The notes under the pieces were generated by a model. It ran no database searches. It saw nothing but the letters and a program-made list of their open reading frames with translations, and was not told the origin of the DNA. From NCBI GenBank assembly GCA_965238305.1, contig CBDEHK010000001.1, forward strand, positions 1,298,391-1,362,390: a DNA stretch of 64,000 bases, read 5' to 3'. Shown here piece after piece: positions 36,399 to 47,338 of this stretch (its first letter is position 1; each line of letters opens with the position of its first letter). Made by a program: the position numbers and the translations under genes. The stretch is from Alphaproteobacteria bacterium. Its GTDB lineage: Bacteria; Pseudomonadota; Alphaproteobacteria; GCA-2731375.

Positions 36399-37847
36399 AT
36401 GGCACAATATCGCCCTATATTTCTAGCCATTGGTTTGCTGCTGACGCTGTTGGGAATGTTTCAGATCATTCCAGCATTGGTCGATTTTGGCTTTGGGTCG
36501 CCTAATTGGCAGGTATTTGTCGCCTCCGGGGCGATTTGCACATTTTTCGGCGCCAGCTTAGCACTCACCAATCGCGGCCGCGAAGGTGACCTGACGTTAA
36601 AATCCGCCTTTATCCTGACCGCGGCGTCATGGGTTGTGATGCCTGGTTTTGCGGCACTGCCGTTTGCTTTTTCCGATCTTTCGCTCAGTTACACCGACGC
36701 CTATTTCGAAGCGATGTCGGGGCTGACGACAACCGGATCGACAGTTATTCAGGGCTTGGAAGCGGCCCCACCGGGGATATTGATCTGGCGCGCCTTACTG
36801 CAATGGTTGGGCGGCATTGGCATCATCGTCATGGCCGTGGCGATTTTCCCAATGCTGCAGATCGGTGGCATGCAGTTGTTCCGCATGGAAAGTTCAGAAA
36901 CGTCAGAAAAGGCCTTGCCAAGGGCGGCGCAGATCGCCACCGCGATCGGCGGTATTTATTTTTTCTTGAGCGTGACCTGTGCATTCGCCTATTGGCTCGC
37001 CGGCATGAGCATGTTCGATGCGGTCAGCCATGCCATGACAACCATCGCAACCGGCGGATTTTCGACTTATGACCAATCGGTCGGCCATTTTGACAGTGTC
37101 GCTGTCGACTATATTGCCAGTCTGTTTATGATCGTCGGCAGCCTGCCGTTTTTGCTTTACTTCCAAGCGGTCAGGGGACGCCCTCTCGAACTTTGGCGCG
37201 ATACGCAGGTTCGCACTTTTTTCGCCATCGTATTGACCGTAATTTTGGTTCTCGCTTTGTGGCGGGTAAACGCCTCCGGCGAAGGCTTCTGGGCCAGTTT
37301 ACGTTATTGTACTTTCAATGCGGTCTCGATCATGACGGGCACCGGATATTCTACTGCTGACTACAGTAGCTGGGGTCCATTCGCGGTGGGTATCTTCTTT
37401 TTCATCATGATGATCGGCGGCTGTGCCGGGTCAACATCTTGCGGTATCAAAGTCTTCCGCTTTCAGGTCTTGGCGGAAGCATTGCGGGTCCGCATGCATC
37501 GCCAGTTACAGCCCCACGGGGTCTTTTTGCCGCATTTTAATCGACGGCAAATATCGGATTCGGCGATGGATTCGGTGATGAGCTTCTTTTTCCTGTTTGC
37601 GATTTCTTTTGCGGTGTTGGCGTTGCTGTTGTCGGGGTTAGGGTTGGATTTACTCACTAGTTTGTCGGGGGCGGCGACGGCACTGGCCAATGTCGGCCCC
37701 GGTTTAGGCGAAGTGATCGGCCCGAGGGGAACTTTTCAACCGTTGCCCGACGGCGCCAAATGGCTGCTGTCCTTGGGCATGCTGATGGGTCGATTGGAGT
37801 TGTTTACGGTTCTGGTGCTTTTTACGCGGACATTCTGGCGGTCTTGA
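36399..37847 (+). CDS. trkH: TrkH family potassium uptake protein
   Basis: 482-aa polytopic membrane protein with repeated selectivity-filter-like GTGG/ATGG motifs (TTTGSTV, ATGGFST, TGTGYST). Confidence 0.85.
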   Translation: MAQYRPIFLAIGLLLTLLGMFQIIPALVDFGFGSPNWQVFVASGAICTFFGASLALTNRGREGDLTLKSAFILTAASWVVMPGFAALPFAFSDLSLSYTDAYFEAMSGLTTTGSTVIQGLEAAPPGILIWRALLQWLGGIGIIVMAVAIFPMLQIGGMQLFRMESSETSEKALPRAAQIATAIGGIYFFLSVTCAFAYWLAGMSMFDAVSHAMTTIATGGFSTYDQSVGHFDSVAVDYIASLFMIVGSLPFLLYFQAVRGRPLELWRDTQVRTFFAIVLTVILVLALWRVNASGEGFWASLRYCTFNAVSIMTGTGYSTADYSSWGPFAVGIFFFIMMIGGCAGSTSCGIKVFRFQVLAEALRVRMHRQLQPHGVFLPHFNRRQISDSAMDSVMSFFFLFAISFAVLALLLSGLGLDLLTSLSGAATALANVGPGLGEVIGPRGTFQPLPDGAKWLLSLGMLMGRLELFTVLVLFTRTFWRS

Positions 37848-40800
37848 TCCCGAATATCCATTGGTAGAAACGGGTAAAGTCATATTGGATCGCCAGCAGC
37901 GCTGGGATAACAAATAGAATGAGCAATGTTGCGACTGCCAGGCCAAAGACTATGGTGATCGCCATCGGCAACAGGAATTGGGCCTGCATGCTTTTTTCCG
38001 TCAACAACGGTGCCAAACCGCCGATCGTCGTTAACGAAGTTAACAAAACAGCCCGCAAGCGATCCTGTGAACCTTGAATGATGGCCTGGATCACTTCTTC
38101 GCCATCGCGAATGCGTTCATCGACGGTGGTGACGAGAATGATTGAATCGTTGACCAATATCCCCGACACCCCTAACAGGCCAATCATCGACAACACGGTT
38201 AAATCGAAACCCATGACCATATGGCCGAGGATCGCGCCGACCATGCCAAACGGGATTGCTGCCATCACCACAATCGGACGCGTGTAACTGGCAAATACCC
38301 AAGCCAAGATAACATAGATCGAAATTAGGCCAATGATGGCGCCCAATTGCATGTCGGCAAAAGTTTGAGCTTGTTCTTCGGCCTTGCCGGCGAAGCGGTA
38401 GCTGACATTGTATTTCCGCGCGATCTCATTCAAACCCGATGTTTTTAAAGCATCAAACAAGACGTTCTGCGTGGTAATGGATTCATCGATTTCGCCGGTG
38501 ACGGCAACCTCGCTGTGGCCTTCTTCGCGGCGAATTCGGGCAAAACCGGTTTTGCGGTCAATGGTAACGACTTCGCTTAGCGGGACTTCTTCGCCACTTG
38601 GACTCCGCAGATAGAGGTCGTAAAGATCGGCGATGGCGATGGCGTCGCGCGGATATTGCACCCGTATCGTGACTTCGTCATCGCCCCTGGCGAAACGTTT
38701 CGCAATCGCCCCCTCAAAAGCATTGCGAACCTGTCGGGCGACGCTTTCGGTATCAAACCCCATGGCGCGGCCTCTGGGGCTCAAGGACAATATCACTTCC
38801 CGTTTTCCAATCGGCAGATCGTCCTCCATATCGCTAACGCCGGGGAAGCGGGAGACCAGTTTGCGAGTTTCCAGGGCGGCCAATTTTAGCTGTTCGGTGC
38901 TGCCACCGGATAGCCGAATATCGATTTCCTTACCCGGCGGCCCGCCTATCCGTTCAGTCAAGGCAATCCGCTGGACGCCCGGCAGCTCTTGAATTTCCGC
39001 TCGCCAGGCCGCGATAAATTCAGCGGTGCGTACCTGCCGTCGATCACTCGTCTGCAATTCGGCATAGACGCCACCATAGCGATCTCCGCTGAGGCGTTCG
39101 AAGGATCGACCTTGCGATTGTCCGATCGAGCCATAAGTGAGGACCAACAATTCGCCTGCTTGATCAACTAATTTTGCTTCCGCGGCCCGCGCCGCTCGCT
39201 CCAGCTCCATGGTCATGTTTGCGGTTTGCTCTTTCAGCGTCCCGGGGGTCATGACGACATTGGCGATCACAATGTCGCTTTCGGGCGATGGGAAGAAGTG
39301 AAAGCTGATCCGCCCCCCGGCGACCAGGCCGCCACAAACAATCATCAGGGCGATGGTGCAGGCGAGTGTCAGGTAGCGCCAGCGAACGCACAGACCGACA
39401 AAGGCACGATAGGCATGATCACGAAAATAATTGAACTTGCTGTTGAACCACTGGCGGGGCCGCGAATCATGCTCCACGCCCCGGGTCAACGCGCCGCGCA
39501 TGTGACCGGGCAGGACCAGGAAACATTCCGCCAAACTGGCCAGCAGCACCGTCACGACGATAAATGGGATGGCCCGCATGATGGTGCCGATGATGTCGCC
39601 AATTAGGAATAACGGCAGAAAGGTTGCGATCGTCGTAAGCGACGATGCTGCCACAGGAACCAACATTCGCAGCGCCCCTTTTTCTGCTGCGTCGGTTGCG
39701 TTCAGACCGCGCTCGCGCTGTGTCACCGCGTGTTCGGCGACCACGATCGCATCGTCGACGATGATCCCCAAGGTCATGATCAAGGCAAATAAACTGATCA
39801 TATTTATCGATTGTCCGCTCATCAGCATAACAAACATGGTTGCCAGCAAAGCGGCGGGAATCCCCATCGCCACCCAAAATGCGACGCGAATATTCAAAAA
39901 TATGAACAAAGTGATGAGAACTAACACCAGGCCGCTGACGCCGTTTTTGAGCAGGATGTCTATGCGTTCCTGGATCAATCCCGATTGCACATCGAATATT
40001 TCCATACGCAGCTGCGGCGGCAGAGTAGGCCTGATTTTTTCGACAAAAGCATCGACAATTGCCGCCACCTTCAGGGCATCGGCGTTGACCGAGCGTTGGA
40101 CATGTAACACGATTGCCGGTAAGCCATCGCGAATCGCGAGCGGCTCGTCGTCATCGAAGGCTTCGCGTAAGGTTGCGATATCCCGGATCAGCACCCGTTC
40201 GCCGTTATCTAAGGCCCGGACTTCGATGGCGGCGAGTTCGCGGGCCGTACGACGTTGCCCGAGGCTGCGGATTTGCTGTTCCTGACCGCCCTGAATATTG
40301 CCCGATGGCATATCAATACTGTTGCTACCGACAATTCGCGCCACATCCTGCAGGGTCAAATTCATCTGCCGCAGGACTTCCGGCAGGATTTCAATGCGGA
40401 TTTCTTCCGACCGTGCCCCCGTCAACGTGACCCGGTCGGCACCATTTTCCAGTAATTGATCGCGAAGGTCCTGCGCGATCGCTTTCAAGGCGCTTTCCGA
40501 ATAAGGCCCGGAAAGGAGTATCTTCGAGATCGTGTCATAACGCACGGGATGTCGAATGATCGGTTCTTCGGCATCCTCTGGATAGGTCGTTATTCGGGCG
40601 ACGGCGGATTCCACATCCGACAAGGCGGAATCCATATTGGCGCCTTGTTCGAATTCCATCACAATGACCGCGCGCCCTTCCAAGGCATAGGAGATCGTCT
40701 TTGTGACATTGTTCAAGAAGCGGACTTCCGGTTCTGTCGCGGCAATGATATTGGCTTCCACGTCTTCCGCACTGGCCCCCGGCCAGACAATGGTGACGGA

Positions 40801-40944
40801 AATGACGTCGATGCCGAAGTCGGGAAAGAACTGCGTGTTGAGGCGCTGGATGCCGACGATACCGACTGCCATCATCATCACCATCAGAAGGGTGGCGGCA
40901 TTTTTGTGTCGAACAAATATCTGGATGAGGGATGCTGGAAACAT
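37822..40944 (-). CDS. RND-family efflux transporter permease (AcrB/CzcA-type)
   Basis: 1040 aa, 12-TM architecture with two large periplasmic loops. N-terminus MFPASLIQIFVRHKNAATLLMVMMMAVGIVG is typical. Confidence 0.9.
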   Translation of the reverse strand: MFPASLIQIFVRHKNAATLLMVMMMAVGIVGIQRLNTQFFPDFGIDVISVTIVWPGASAEDVEANIIAATEPEVRFLNNVTKTISYALEGRAVIVMEFEQGANMDSALSDVESAVARITTYPEDAEEPIIRHPVRYDTISKILLSGPYSESALKAIAQDLRDQLLENGADRVTLTGARSEEIRIEILPEVLRQMNLTLQDVARIVGSNSIDMPSGNIQGGQEQQIRSLGQRRTARELAAIEVRALDNGERVLIRDIATLREAFDDDEPLAIRDGLPAIVLHVQRSVNADALKVAAIVDAFVEKIRPTLPPQLRMEIFDVQSGLIQERIDILLKNGVSGLVLVLITLFIFLNIRVAFWVAMGIPAALLATMFVMLMSGQSINMISLFALIMTLGIIVDDAIVVAEHAVTQRERGLNATDAAEKGALRMLVPVAASSLTTIATFLPLFLIGDIIGTIMRAIPFIVVTVLLASLAECFLVLPGHMRGALTRGVEHDSRPRQWFNSKFNYFRDHAYRAFVGLCVRWRYLTLACTIALMIVCGGLVAGGRISFHFFPSPESDIVIANVVMTPGTLKEQTANMTMELERAARAAEAKLVDQAGELLVLTYGSIGQSQGRSFERLSGDRYGGVYAELQTSDRRQVRTAEFIAAWRAEIQELPGVQRIALTERIGGPPGKEIDIRLSGGSTEQLKLAALETRKLVSRFPGVSDMEDDLPIGKREVILSLSPRGRAMGFDTESVARQVRNAFEGAIAKRFARGDDEVTIRVQYPRDAIAIADLYDLYLRSPSGEEVPLSEVVTIDRKTGFARIRREEGHSEVAVTGEIDESITTQNVLFDALKTSGLNEIARKYNVSYRFAGKAEEQAQTFADMQLGAIIGLISIYVILAWVFASYTRPIVVMAAIPFGMVGAILGHMVMGFDLTVLSMIGLLGVSGILVNDSIILVTTVDERIRDGEEVIQAIIQGSQDRLRAVLLTSLTTIGGLAPLLTEKSMQAQFLLPMAITIVFGLAVATLLILFVIPALLAIQYDFTRFYQWIFGIKTARMSA

Positions 40945-40950
40945 GGCCGG

Positions 40951-42201
40951 TTACCGCGCGTCGACTTTTACGCCGGGGCCTATTTCGGCAAACAGATGAC
41001 GGACAACTTTTTCGCCATCTTTCAATTCACCTTTGACCAGCACGTCATTGCCTTGCCGCGCGATCAGTTCGATTTGCCGACGCTCCAAACGACCATCTTT
41101 AATGACAAAAACCTGCAGATCGTTGTTTAAGGCGGTTTCCGGCAGACGCGCCACCTGGCGATAAACCTTATCCGGCAACAATATTGTCACAAAAGCGCCT
41201 GGGCGAACGGATCGGGAAATAGCGGCACGATCCAGGACCGCGTAGGCATCGACACCGCCACTGGCGGCGTTAATGGTTGGCGCGACCCGGTCAATCGTTG
41301 CGGCCAGACGGATTTCATCACTGCCAATTTTCCAGCTCACCTGTGCCTTTCGCCCGACCAGGGTTTCTCCGGACGAAATCAACCGGCCGAATTGACTATC
41401 GGAAAGATGCACCGCGACTTCCAGTCGGCTGGCGTCGATCAGGCGGGCTACTCGGTCATTGACGGACAAGCGCTTGCCGACCTCGGCGGTGATATCATAA
41501 AGATAACCATCGAACGGGGCGGCAAGGATGGTGCGCTCCAGGTCTCGTTCCATGCGGGTGATGCCGACCTCGAGGCGGGTGATCAACGCTTGTTGTTGCG
41601 CCAGGCGCGCCGCTTCCGCGACGATTTCATTGCTTCGGTTCGACATAATTTGCTGCTGTCTGGCGATATCCAACTTGGCATTGTCCAAAGCACGGTCGGT
41701 TCCGGCACCCTTCGCTTTTAGTTTCTGCACCCGCGACAGATGGCGCTCTTGCAAAGCCAGTATCTCCTGATCCCGAATTAGCGCTTCCGCATGCGATTTT
41801 TGACGGGCTTTGATTTCATCCAGTCGCGCTTTGGCCTCAACCAATTGGGCGCGGCGTTCGGCCAGGATCGTGCGATAATCGAAATCGTCGATTTTGGCGA
41901 TCATGTCGCCGGTTTTGACCGCGCCGCCGTCGCGAAACCTTTCGCCGACAGCCAGAATTTCACCGGCGACCAAAGCCCTCAATTCAACGGTTCGCCCCGC
42001 GACCACATCGCCAAAGAGCTGTAGTTGCGGTTGCACGTCGGCAAAATTCACGGCATCCGCCTCGACCCGCCAGACGCGTTCTTTTGGCGGCGCCGGCGCA
42101 ACTTTCGGCTTTGAAATATAAAGTTGAAAGGCCCCAAATGAGGCCGCACCGAACACAACGAGCGCGAGTATTGTTTGCACCAAAAAGCGGAAAATACGCA
42201 T
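40951..42201 (-). CDS. RND efflux periplasmic adaptor (membrane fusion protein, HlyD family)
   Basis: N-terminal TM anchor, long coiled-coil (...RRAQLVEAKARLDEIKARQKSHAEALIRDQ...) and beta-barrel/lipoyl segments. Immediately upstream of the RND permease. Confidence 0.85.
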   Translation of the reverse strand: MRIFRFLVQTILALVVFGAASFGAFQLYISKPKVAPAPPKERVWRVEADAVNFADVQPQLQLFGDVVAGRTVELRALVAGEILAVGERFRDGGAVKTGDMIAKIDDFDYRTILAERRAQLVEAKARLDEIKARQKSHAEALIRDQEILALQERHLSRVQKLKAKGAGTDRALDNAKLDIARQQQIMSNRSNEIVAEAARLAQQQALITRLEVGITRMERDLERTILAAPFDGYLYDITAEVGKRLSVNDRVARLIDASRLEVAVHLSDSQFGRLISSGETLVGRKAQVSWKIGSDEIRLAATIDRVAPTINAASGGVDAYAVLDRAAISRSVRPGAFVTILLPDKVYRQVARLPETALNNDLQVFVIKDGRLERRQIELIARQGNDVLVKGELKDGEKVVRHLFAEIGPGVKVDAR

Positions 42202-42366
42202 CCTCTTATCCTAAGTTATTCAATGGTAAAATAGTCCCCTTTATTTTGAACGCAAGTCACAAGATTTCCGTCGAAAATTCGGTTGATATATCTGTTCTGG
42301 ACCTTCGAAGAAGAGACTTCTATGCTGCGCGACTTCCAATCACAGGTCTGCGGAGTATTTAAATTC

Positions 42367-43527
42367 ATGGTGCAAGCCCGCTACAGCACTCGCGAAATGA
42401 TCGACAAGTTGATCAGTTTCGATACCACCAGTCGAGATTCGAATTTGGCGCTGATCAATTTTGTCGCCGACTATCTTGCTGATTTGGGCGTTGAGCCGGT
42501 CATTATTCCGGATGAAACCGGTAAAAAAGCCAACTTATTTGCCACTTTGGGGCCGGCGGTCGATGGCGGTGTCGTGCTTTCGGGTCATACGGACGTGGTG
42601 CCGGTGGACGGGCAGGATTGGGATAGCGATCCATTTCAGGTGAAAGAGGCCGACAATAAGCTTTTTGGGCGCGGTACCTCCGATATGAAAAGTTTTTGTG
42701 CCGTCGCCGCGGCTTTAGCGCCCGACATGTTGGCAGCAAATATGAAAGTGCCTATCCATTTCGCTTTTTCCTATGACGAGGAAGTTGGTTGCCTCGGCGT
42801 TGGCGGCATTGTCGAGCATATTGATGGCCTGACCCACAATCCCCGCGCGGTGATTGTCGGCGAACCGACGGAAATGAAGGTGGTGAATGCGCACAAGGAA
42901 TGCTGCGCCATCCGTACCACGGTGCAGGGGTTAGAGGCTCATTCCAGTGCGACCCACAAAGGTGTTAGCTCGATCATGTACGCCGCCGATCTGATCGGTT
43001 TTCTTGATCGCATGGCGCAGGATTTAAGCGACGGCCCAAAATCGGAGCGCTTCGATCCGCCTTATACCACCATTCAAGTCGGTCTCATCAACGGCGGCAC
43101 CGCACCTAATATCATTCCCAAAGAAACCAGTTTCCGTTGGGAATTCCGCGCTGTCGATGCCGGCCAAGGTGATGAAATCTTGGAACGTTTTGAAAATTAT
43201 GCGGTGCAGAAAGTTTTACCGCGCATGCGTGAGGTATATCCCGAAGCGCAGATCAAAATCGATGTCGGCGGACGCGTACCGCCCTTATTGCCGGAAGATG
43301 GCTCCGACGCGGAAACTCTGGCGCTAGCGCTGGTCAATAGCAATCAAACCTATGCGGTGTCTTACGGCACCGAAGGCGGCATTTTTCAACAGCAAAGTGG
43401 CATTCCGACGGTTATTTGCGGTCCCGGCAGCATCGATCAGGCCCATAAACCAAATGAATTCATCGCCCTCTCGGAAGTCCAGGCCTGCGAAGACTTTGTC
43501 CGCAAACTGATCCAACATCTGGCATAG
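42367..43527 (+). CDS. argE: acetylornithine deacetylase (M20 peptidase family)
   Basis: SGHTDVVPVDGQDWDSDPF...GRGTSDMKSF are ArgE/DapE metal-binding motifs. Start chosen at ATG 42367 (MVQARYSTREMIDKLISFDTT). Confidence 0.8.
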   Translation: MVQARYSTREMIDKLISFDTTSRDSNLALINFVADYLADLGVEPVIIPDETGKKANLFATLGPAVDGGVVLSGHTDVVPVDGQDWDSDPFQVKEADNKLFGRGTSDMKSFCAVAAALAPDMLAANMKVPIHFAFSYDEEVGCLGVGGIVEHIDGLTHNPRAVIVGEPTEMKVVNAHKECCAIRTTVQGLEAHSSATHKGVSSIMYAADLIGFLDRMAQDLSDGPKSERFDPPYTTIQVGLINGGTAPNIIPKETSFRWEFRAVDAGQGDEILERFENYAVQKVLPRMREVYPEAQIKIDVGGRVPPLLPEDGSDAETLALALVNSNQTYAVSYGTEGGIFQQQSGIPTVICGPGSIDQAHKPNEFIALSEVQACEDFVRKLIQHLA

Positions 43528-43584
43528 CAGCGAAAAAAAAATTAAAAAAGTGTCTGACACCTTTATAATTGGCTGTCGCTTCAA

Positions 43585-44163
43585 CTAGCGGAGATAGTTG
43601 GTCAGCTGCTGTTTGATTTTCGCTTCGGCTTCCTGATCCAGAGCGATTATCATATCTTTTGTCAATTGATAGAACGCCCGGTCGCGATCATTTAGCGAGG
43701 CGTTTTCGGCGACGGTTTGACTGCGCACTGTCACCGCCTCGATGCGACCCTGAGAGTTGTTTTTTTGAATTTGCAGTACGATTTTGAGGTGACCGTTATA
43801 CCGCTCACTTTGCTGATTGGTAAAAAACGCTGTCAATCCAGTTTTTTTTGTAAGCTTTTCTTCAATAACGCTGGCATCAAAAATGACCAATGTCGCGGTA
43901 CCATTCACGCCGACCGCCTGCAGTCGATCACGGGCCCAGTTCTTCAGCACCAATACCGGCGGGATCGGAAACTTATGTTCCACGTTTGGGGCACTGAGAG
44001 GGGCGCGATAACGATCGTCGATCTTGATCTGAGCGACATCCAGGCGGATTGCCGCTTGCTCGCTAAAGCGAATGTCTTCGAATTCCGGTTTTGGGGCGGC
44101 TATCTCGCAAGCACTTAATCCAAATAGACACAAAATCAAAAAGAGGCGAAATATTGGCTGCAT
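43585..44163 (-). CDS. hypothetical lipoprotein
   Basis: MQPIFRLFLILCLFGLSAC has an LSAC lipobox. 192 aa, no catalytic motif recognised. Confidence 0.55.
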   Translation of the reverse strand: MQPIFRLFLILCLFGLSACEIAAPKPEFEDIRFSEQAAIRLDVAQIKIDDRYRAPLSAPNVEHKFPIPPVLVLKNWARDRLQAVGVNGTATLVIFDASVIEEKLTKKTGLTAFFTNQQSERYNGHLKIVLQIQKNNSQGRIEAVTVRSQTVAENASLNDRDRAFYQLTKDMIIALDQEAEAKIKQQLTNYLR

Positions 44164-44166
44164 GAA

Positions 44167-45093
44167 TTAGTTTATAAATTGCGCCGCGTCATAGTCAAAG
44201 AAGGAATTGCAAAATTCGCACGTGACCGACAATTTATCATCGACAACCAGGTCCTTTAATTCTTCCGGCGCCAGGCTATTCAGCACATTTACCACCCGAT
44301 CCGAAGAACAGCGGCAACCAAAAGTCAGTGGCGAAGGTTCAAAAACGCGGACTTTCTCTTCGTGGAATAAACGGTAAAGCAACTGATCGGGGGAAAGGTC
44401 AGAAGCGGTCAATTCCTCATCCTTGGCGCTCGCCAACAAGGCGACGGCGCGACGCCAATTGTCCTCTGCTTCGTCGTCGGGTACCGGTTCGCCGCCGCGG
44501 GCCAGAAGACTTGGGTCGCCCGCTGGCAGTCTTTGGATCATAACTGCCCCAGCGCGCCAGGAAGTTTTACCATCTTCCCCTTCGACTGGTTTGGCAGCCA
44601 CCCGAATGGCGCTTTGCAGCTGTTCCGATTCGCGGAAATATTGGTGCGCACAATCGGCCAGATTACTGCCCTGAAGTTCGACGATACCTTGATAGCGTTC
44701 CGTGTCTTCGCCTTGATCGACACTGAAGGCGATGTAGCCGGCGCCCAATAGCTGCGGCACGCTGGCGCCAATTGCATCGCTGCTATCGACAAGCGGGGCT
44801 AATTTTTCCGCATCAAACTGGGCATAACCGCGCAATTTTCCCGGCGAGGCAAAATCCGCGACCAGCATCCCGACAGGACCGTTACCTTTGGTCTGCAAGG
44901 TGAAGACACCATCAAATTTCAACGCGCCAGCTAATGCCGCCGCCAGCGCCGTCGCTTCGCCCAGCAATTCGGAGACCGGATCGGGATAGCCGTGGCGGCT
45001 TAGGATTTCATCGACAGTTGGGCCGAGACGAACCAAACGTCCGCGCAGACCGGCGTCGTCCAGTTGAAAAGGACGGATTAAGTCGTCGTTCAT
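44167..45093 (-). CDS. hslO: Hsp33 redox-regulated chaperone
   Basis: 308 aa. Hsp33 N-domain (RGRLVRLG..., GEATALAAALAG) and C-terminal zinc centre CRCSSDRV...CEFCNSFFDY. Confidence 0.9.
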   Translation of the reverse strand: MNDDLIRPFQLDDAGLRGRLVRLGPTVDEILSRHGYPDPVSELLGEATALAAALAGALKFDGVFTLQTKGNGPVGMLVADFASPGKLRGYAQFDAEKLAPLVDSSDAIGASVPQLLGAGYIAFSVDQGEDTERYQGIVELQGSNLADCAHQYFRESEQLQSAIRVAAKPVEGEDGKTSWRAGAVMIQRLPAGDPSLLARGGEPVPDDEAEDNWRRAVALLASAKDEELTASDLSPDQLLYRLFHEEKVRVFEPSPLTFGCRCSSDRVVNVLNSLAPEELKDLVVDDKLSVTCEFCNSFFDYDAAQFIN

Positions 45094-45121
45094 CGAATGC
45101 TCCGTTTGCCGCCCGATTGAA

Positions 45122-46057
45122 TTAGGTCAGACGATCCATGCACCACAGCAATATTCCCTTTTGCGCGTGCAAGCGATTTTCAGCTTCATCATAAATCACC
45201 GATTGCGGACCATCCATCACTTCATCGGTAACCTCTTCGCCGCGATGGGCCGGCAGGCAATGCATGAAGATGGCATCTTTGTCGGCTTCCGCCATCAGTC
45301 GATCATTGACCTGATAAGGGGCCAGCATATTGTGGCGATCGGAATTCGGGTCGTCATGCATGGAGACCCAGGTATCGGCAACAACGCAATCGGCGCCTGA
45401 AACCATGGCTTCGGGATTGCTCGATACTTTGACCTTGGCACCCTCTGTTTCAGCCCAGCGGATCAGGTCCGGCGATGGTTGCAACGCGTCCGGACAAGCC
45501 AGGCGCATTTCATAGCCAAAACGCGCCGCGCCGTGGATCCACGAGGTCGCAACATTGTTGCCGTCGCCGGACCAGGCAATGACCCGGTCCTTGATCTCTC
45601 CTTTATGTTCTTCAAAGGTCATCACATCGGCCATCAACTGACAGGGATGGGAAAGATCGGTCAGACCATTGATCACCGGCACTTCGGCATATTCTTGCAA
45701 GCCGGTCACCAGCGTATGGTTTTTTGCCCGCACCATGATCGCATCGACATATCGCGACAGCACGCGGGCCGCATCCTTGACACTTTCTCGTTGGCCCAAT
45801 TTTGTCTCATCACCGCTCAACATGATTGCCTCGCCGCCCAATTGGCGCATGCCGATGTCAAAAGACGTACGCGTGCGCAACGACGGTTGTTCAAAAATCA
45901 TCGCGAGAACTTTGCCAGCCAAAGGCTTATCTGGATCTAGCATCCCCTTGCCGCCGGCAGGACGATTGGCTTTCATGGCGACGGAAGCGTCCAAGATACC
46001 GCGAAGTGTATCAGTGTCGAGATCGGCCACATCGACGAAATGCTTTATGTCATTCAT
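45122..46057 (-). CDS. argF: ornithine carbamoyltransferase
   Basis: STRTR carbamoyl-phosphate motif (SLRTRTSF), HPCQ and HCLP motifs. Start at ATG 46057 (MNDIKHF...) overlaps the argD stop (ATGA). Confidence 0.9.
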   Translation of the reverse strand: MNDIKHFVDVADLDTDTLRGILDASVAMKANRPAGGKGMLDPDKPLAGKVLAMIFEQPSLRTRTSFDIGMRQLGGEAIMLSGDETKLGQRESVKDAARVLSRYVDAIMVRAKNHTLVTGLQEYAEVPVINGLTDLSHPCQLMADVMTFEEHKGEIKDRVIAWSGDGNNVATSWIHGAARFGYEMRLACPDALQPSPDLIRWAETEGAKVKVSSNPEAMVSGADCVVADTWVSMHDDPNSDRHNMLAPYQVNDRLMAEADKDAIFMHCLPAHRGEEVTDEVMDGPQSVIYDEAENRLHAQKGILLWCMDRLT

Positions 46058-47226
46058 GAGCCTAGTTCCCGACAAACGTTCTCCATAATTTCCATGGCGG
46101 CGTCGATTTCGGCGTCGGTGATATTGAGGGGCGGTAAAATCCGAATGACGTCTTCGGCTGCCGGGACCACCAGCATCCCGGCATTTCGCAAGGCTGTGAC
46201 CACATCGCCGCAAGGGATCCGGCATTTGACGCCCAAATGCAGGCCGCGACCACGCACTTCTTCGAATATATTGTCGTTGCGTTTACGCAGTTCTTCCAGA
46301 CGGGTCTTGAGCTTGTCGCCCATCTCGACCACGTGATCCAGGAAGCCGTCTGCCAACATCACATCAAGGACTGCGTTACCTGCCGCCATCGCCAGTGGAT
46401 TGCCGCCATAGGTCGAACCATGGGTGCCGGCTGTCATCGCGGCGGCGGCTTTTTCCGTGGCGATACAGGCACCAACCGGGAAACCGCCACCAATACCTTT
46501 GCCTAGCGCGGCGATATCGGGCACTGCGTCGGTCCATTCATGACCCAACAAGCGACCGGTCCGGCCCATGCCGGTCTGCACTTCGTCCAAAACGAATAAC
46601 AGGTCGTTTTCGTCGCAAAGCACTCGCAGACCTTCCATATAACCTTCCGGCATGACCTTGATGCCGCCTTCGCCGATAATCGGCTCGACCAAGATCGCCG
46701 CGGTTTCCGGTCCAATCGCCGCCTTGACCGCGTCCAGATCGCCAAATGGCACCTGATCGAAGCCGTCGACTTTGGGTCCGAACCCGTCCAGCAGTTTGGC
46801 GCCACCACCAGCGGCGATCGTCGTCAAGGTGCGGCCATGGAAGGCCCCCTCGATGGTGATAATGCGATAGCGGTTCTCATTGCCCTTGTTGCTTTGATAA
46901 CGCCGCACCATTTTGATCGCGCATTCGTTCGCTTCGGCGCCTGAATTGGTGAAAAAAACCGTATCCGCGAAAGTATTCGCCACCAGGCGCTCCGCCAGCC
47001 GTTCTTGCCCCGGAATATGGAACAGGTTAGAGGTATGCATCAGGGTCGCCACCTGAGCCTGCAACTGTTCAACAATATGCGGATGGCTGTGGCCCAGGCA
47101 CAAAACCGCAATTCCAGTGGAGAAATCCAGGAATCGTCGGCCATCCGTCCCATACAAATAAGCACCTTCGCCCTTTTCAAAGGCAACATCTGCTCTCGCA
47201 TAGGTCGGCAATACCGGATCGATCAT
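46054..47226 (-). CDS. argD: acetylornithine aminotransferase
   Basis: 390 aa class-III aminotransferase. N-terminus [41 protein letters not shown] is typical of ArgD. Sits upstream of argF and hslO on the same strand. Confidence 0.85.
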   Translation of the reverse strand: MIDPVLPTYARADVAFEKGEGAYLYGTDGRRFLDFSTGIAVLCLGHSHPHIVEQLQAQVATLMHTSNLFHIPGQERLAERLVANTFADTVFFTNSGAEANECAIKMVRRYQSNKGNENRYRIITIEGAFHGRTLTTIAAGGGAKLLDGFGPKVDGFDQVPFGDLDAVKAAIGPETAAILVEPIIGEGGIKVMPEGYMEGLRVLCDENDLLFVLDEVQTGMGRTGRLLGHEWTDAVPDIAALGKGIGGGFPVGACIATEKAAAAMTAGTHGSTYGGNPLAMAAGNAVLDVMLADGFLDHVVEMGDKLKTRLEELRKRNDNIFEEVRGRGLHLGVKCRIPCGDVVTALRNAGMLVVPAAEDVIRILPPLNITDAEIDAAMEIMENVCRELGS

Positions 47227-47338
47227 GATTTCTCCTCCTTGAGATTAATCGGTTTTACACATAAGTCGTTAGTATGACAGGAAACCGGGACGAATATAGA
47301 ACTGCTCGCCCGTCGTCAACATATTCCGTCAGCGGGGA

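Noticed and set aside
36629-41130. ORFs 36629..37072, 38633..38992, 39569..40285, 40456..41130 and others inside the trkH and RND pump genes
   Set aside because: All are out-of-frame or antisense to strongly supported membrane-protein genes and have Arg/Ser-rich shadow composition.
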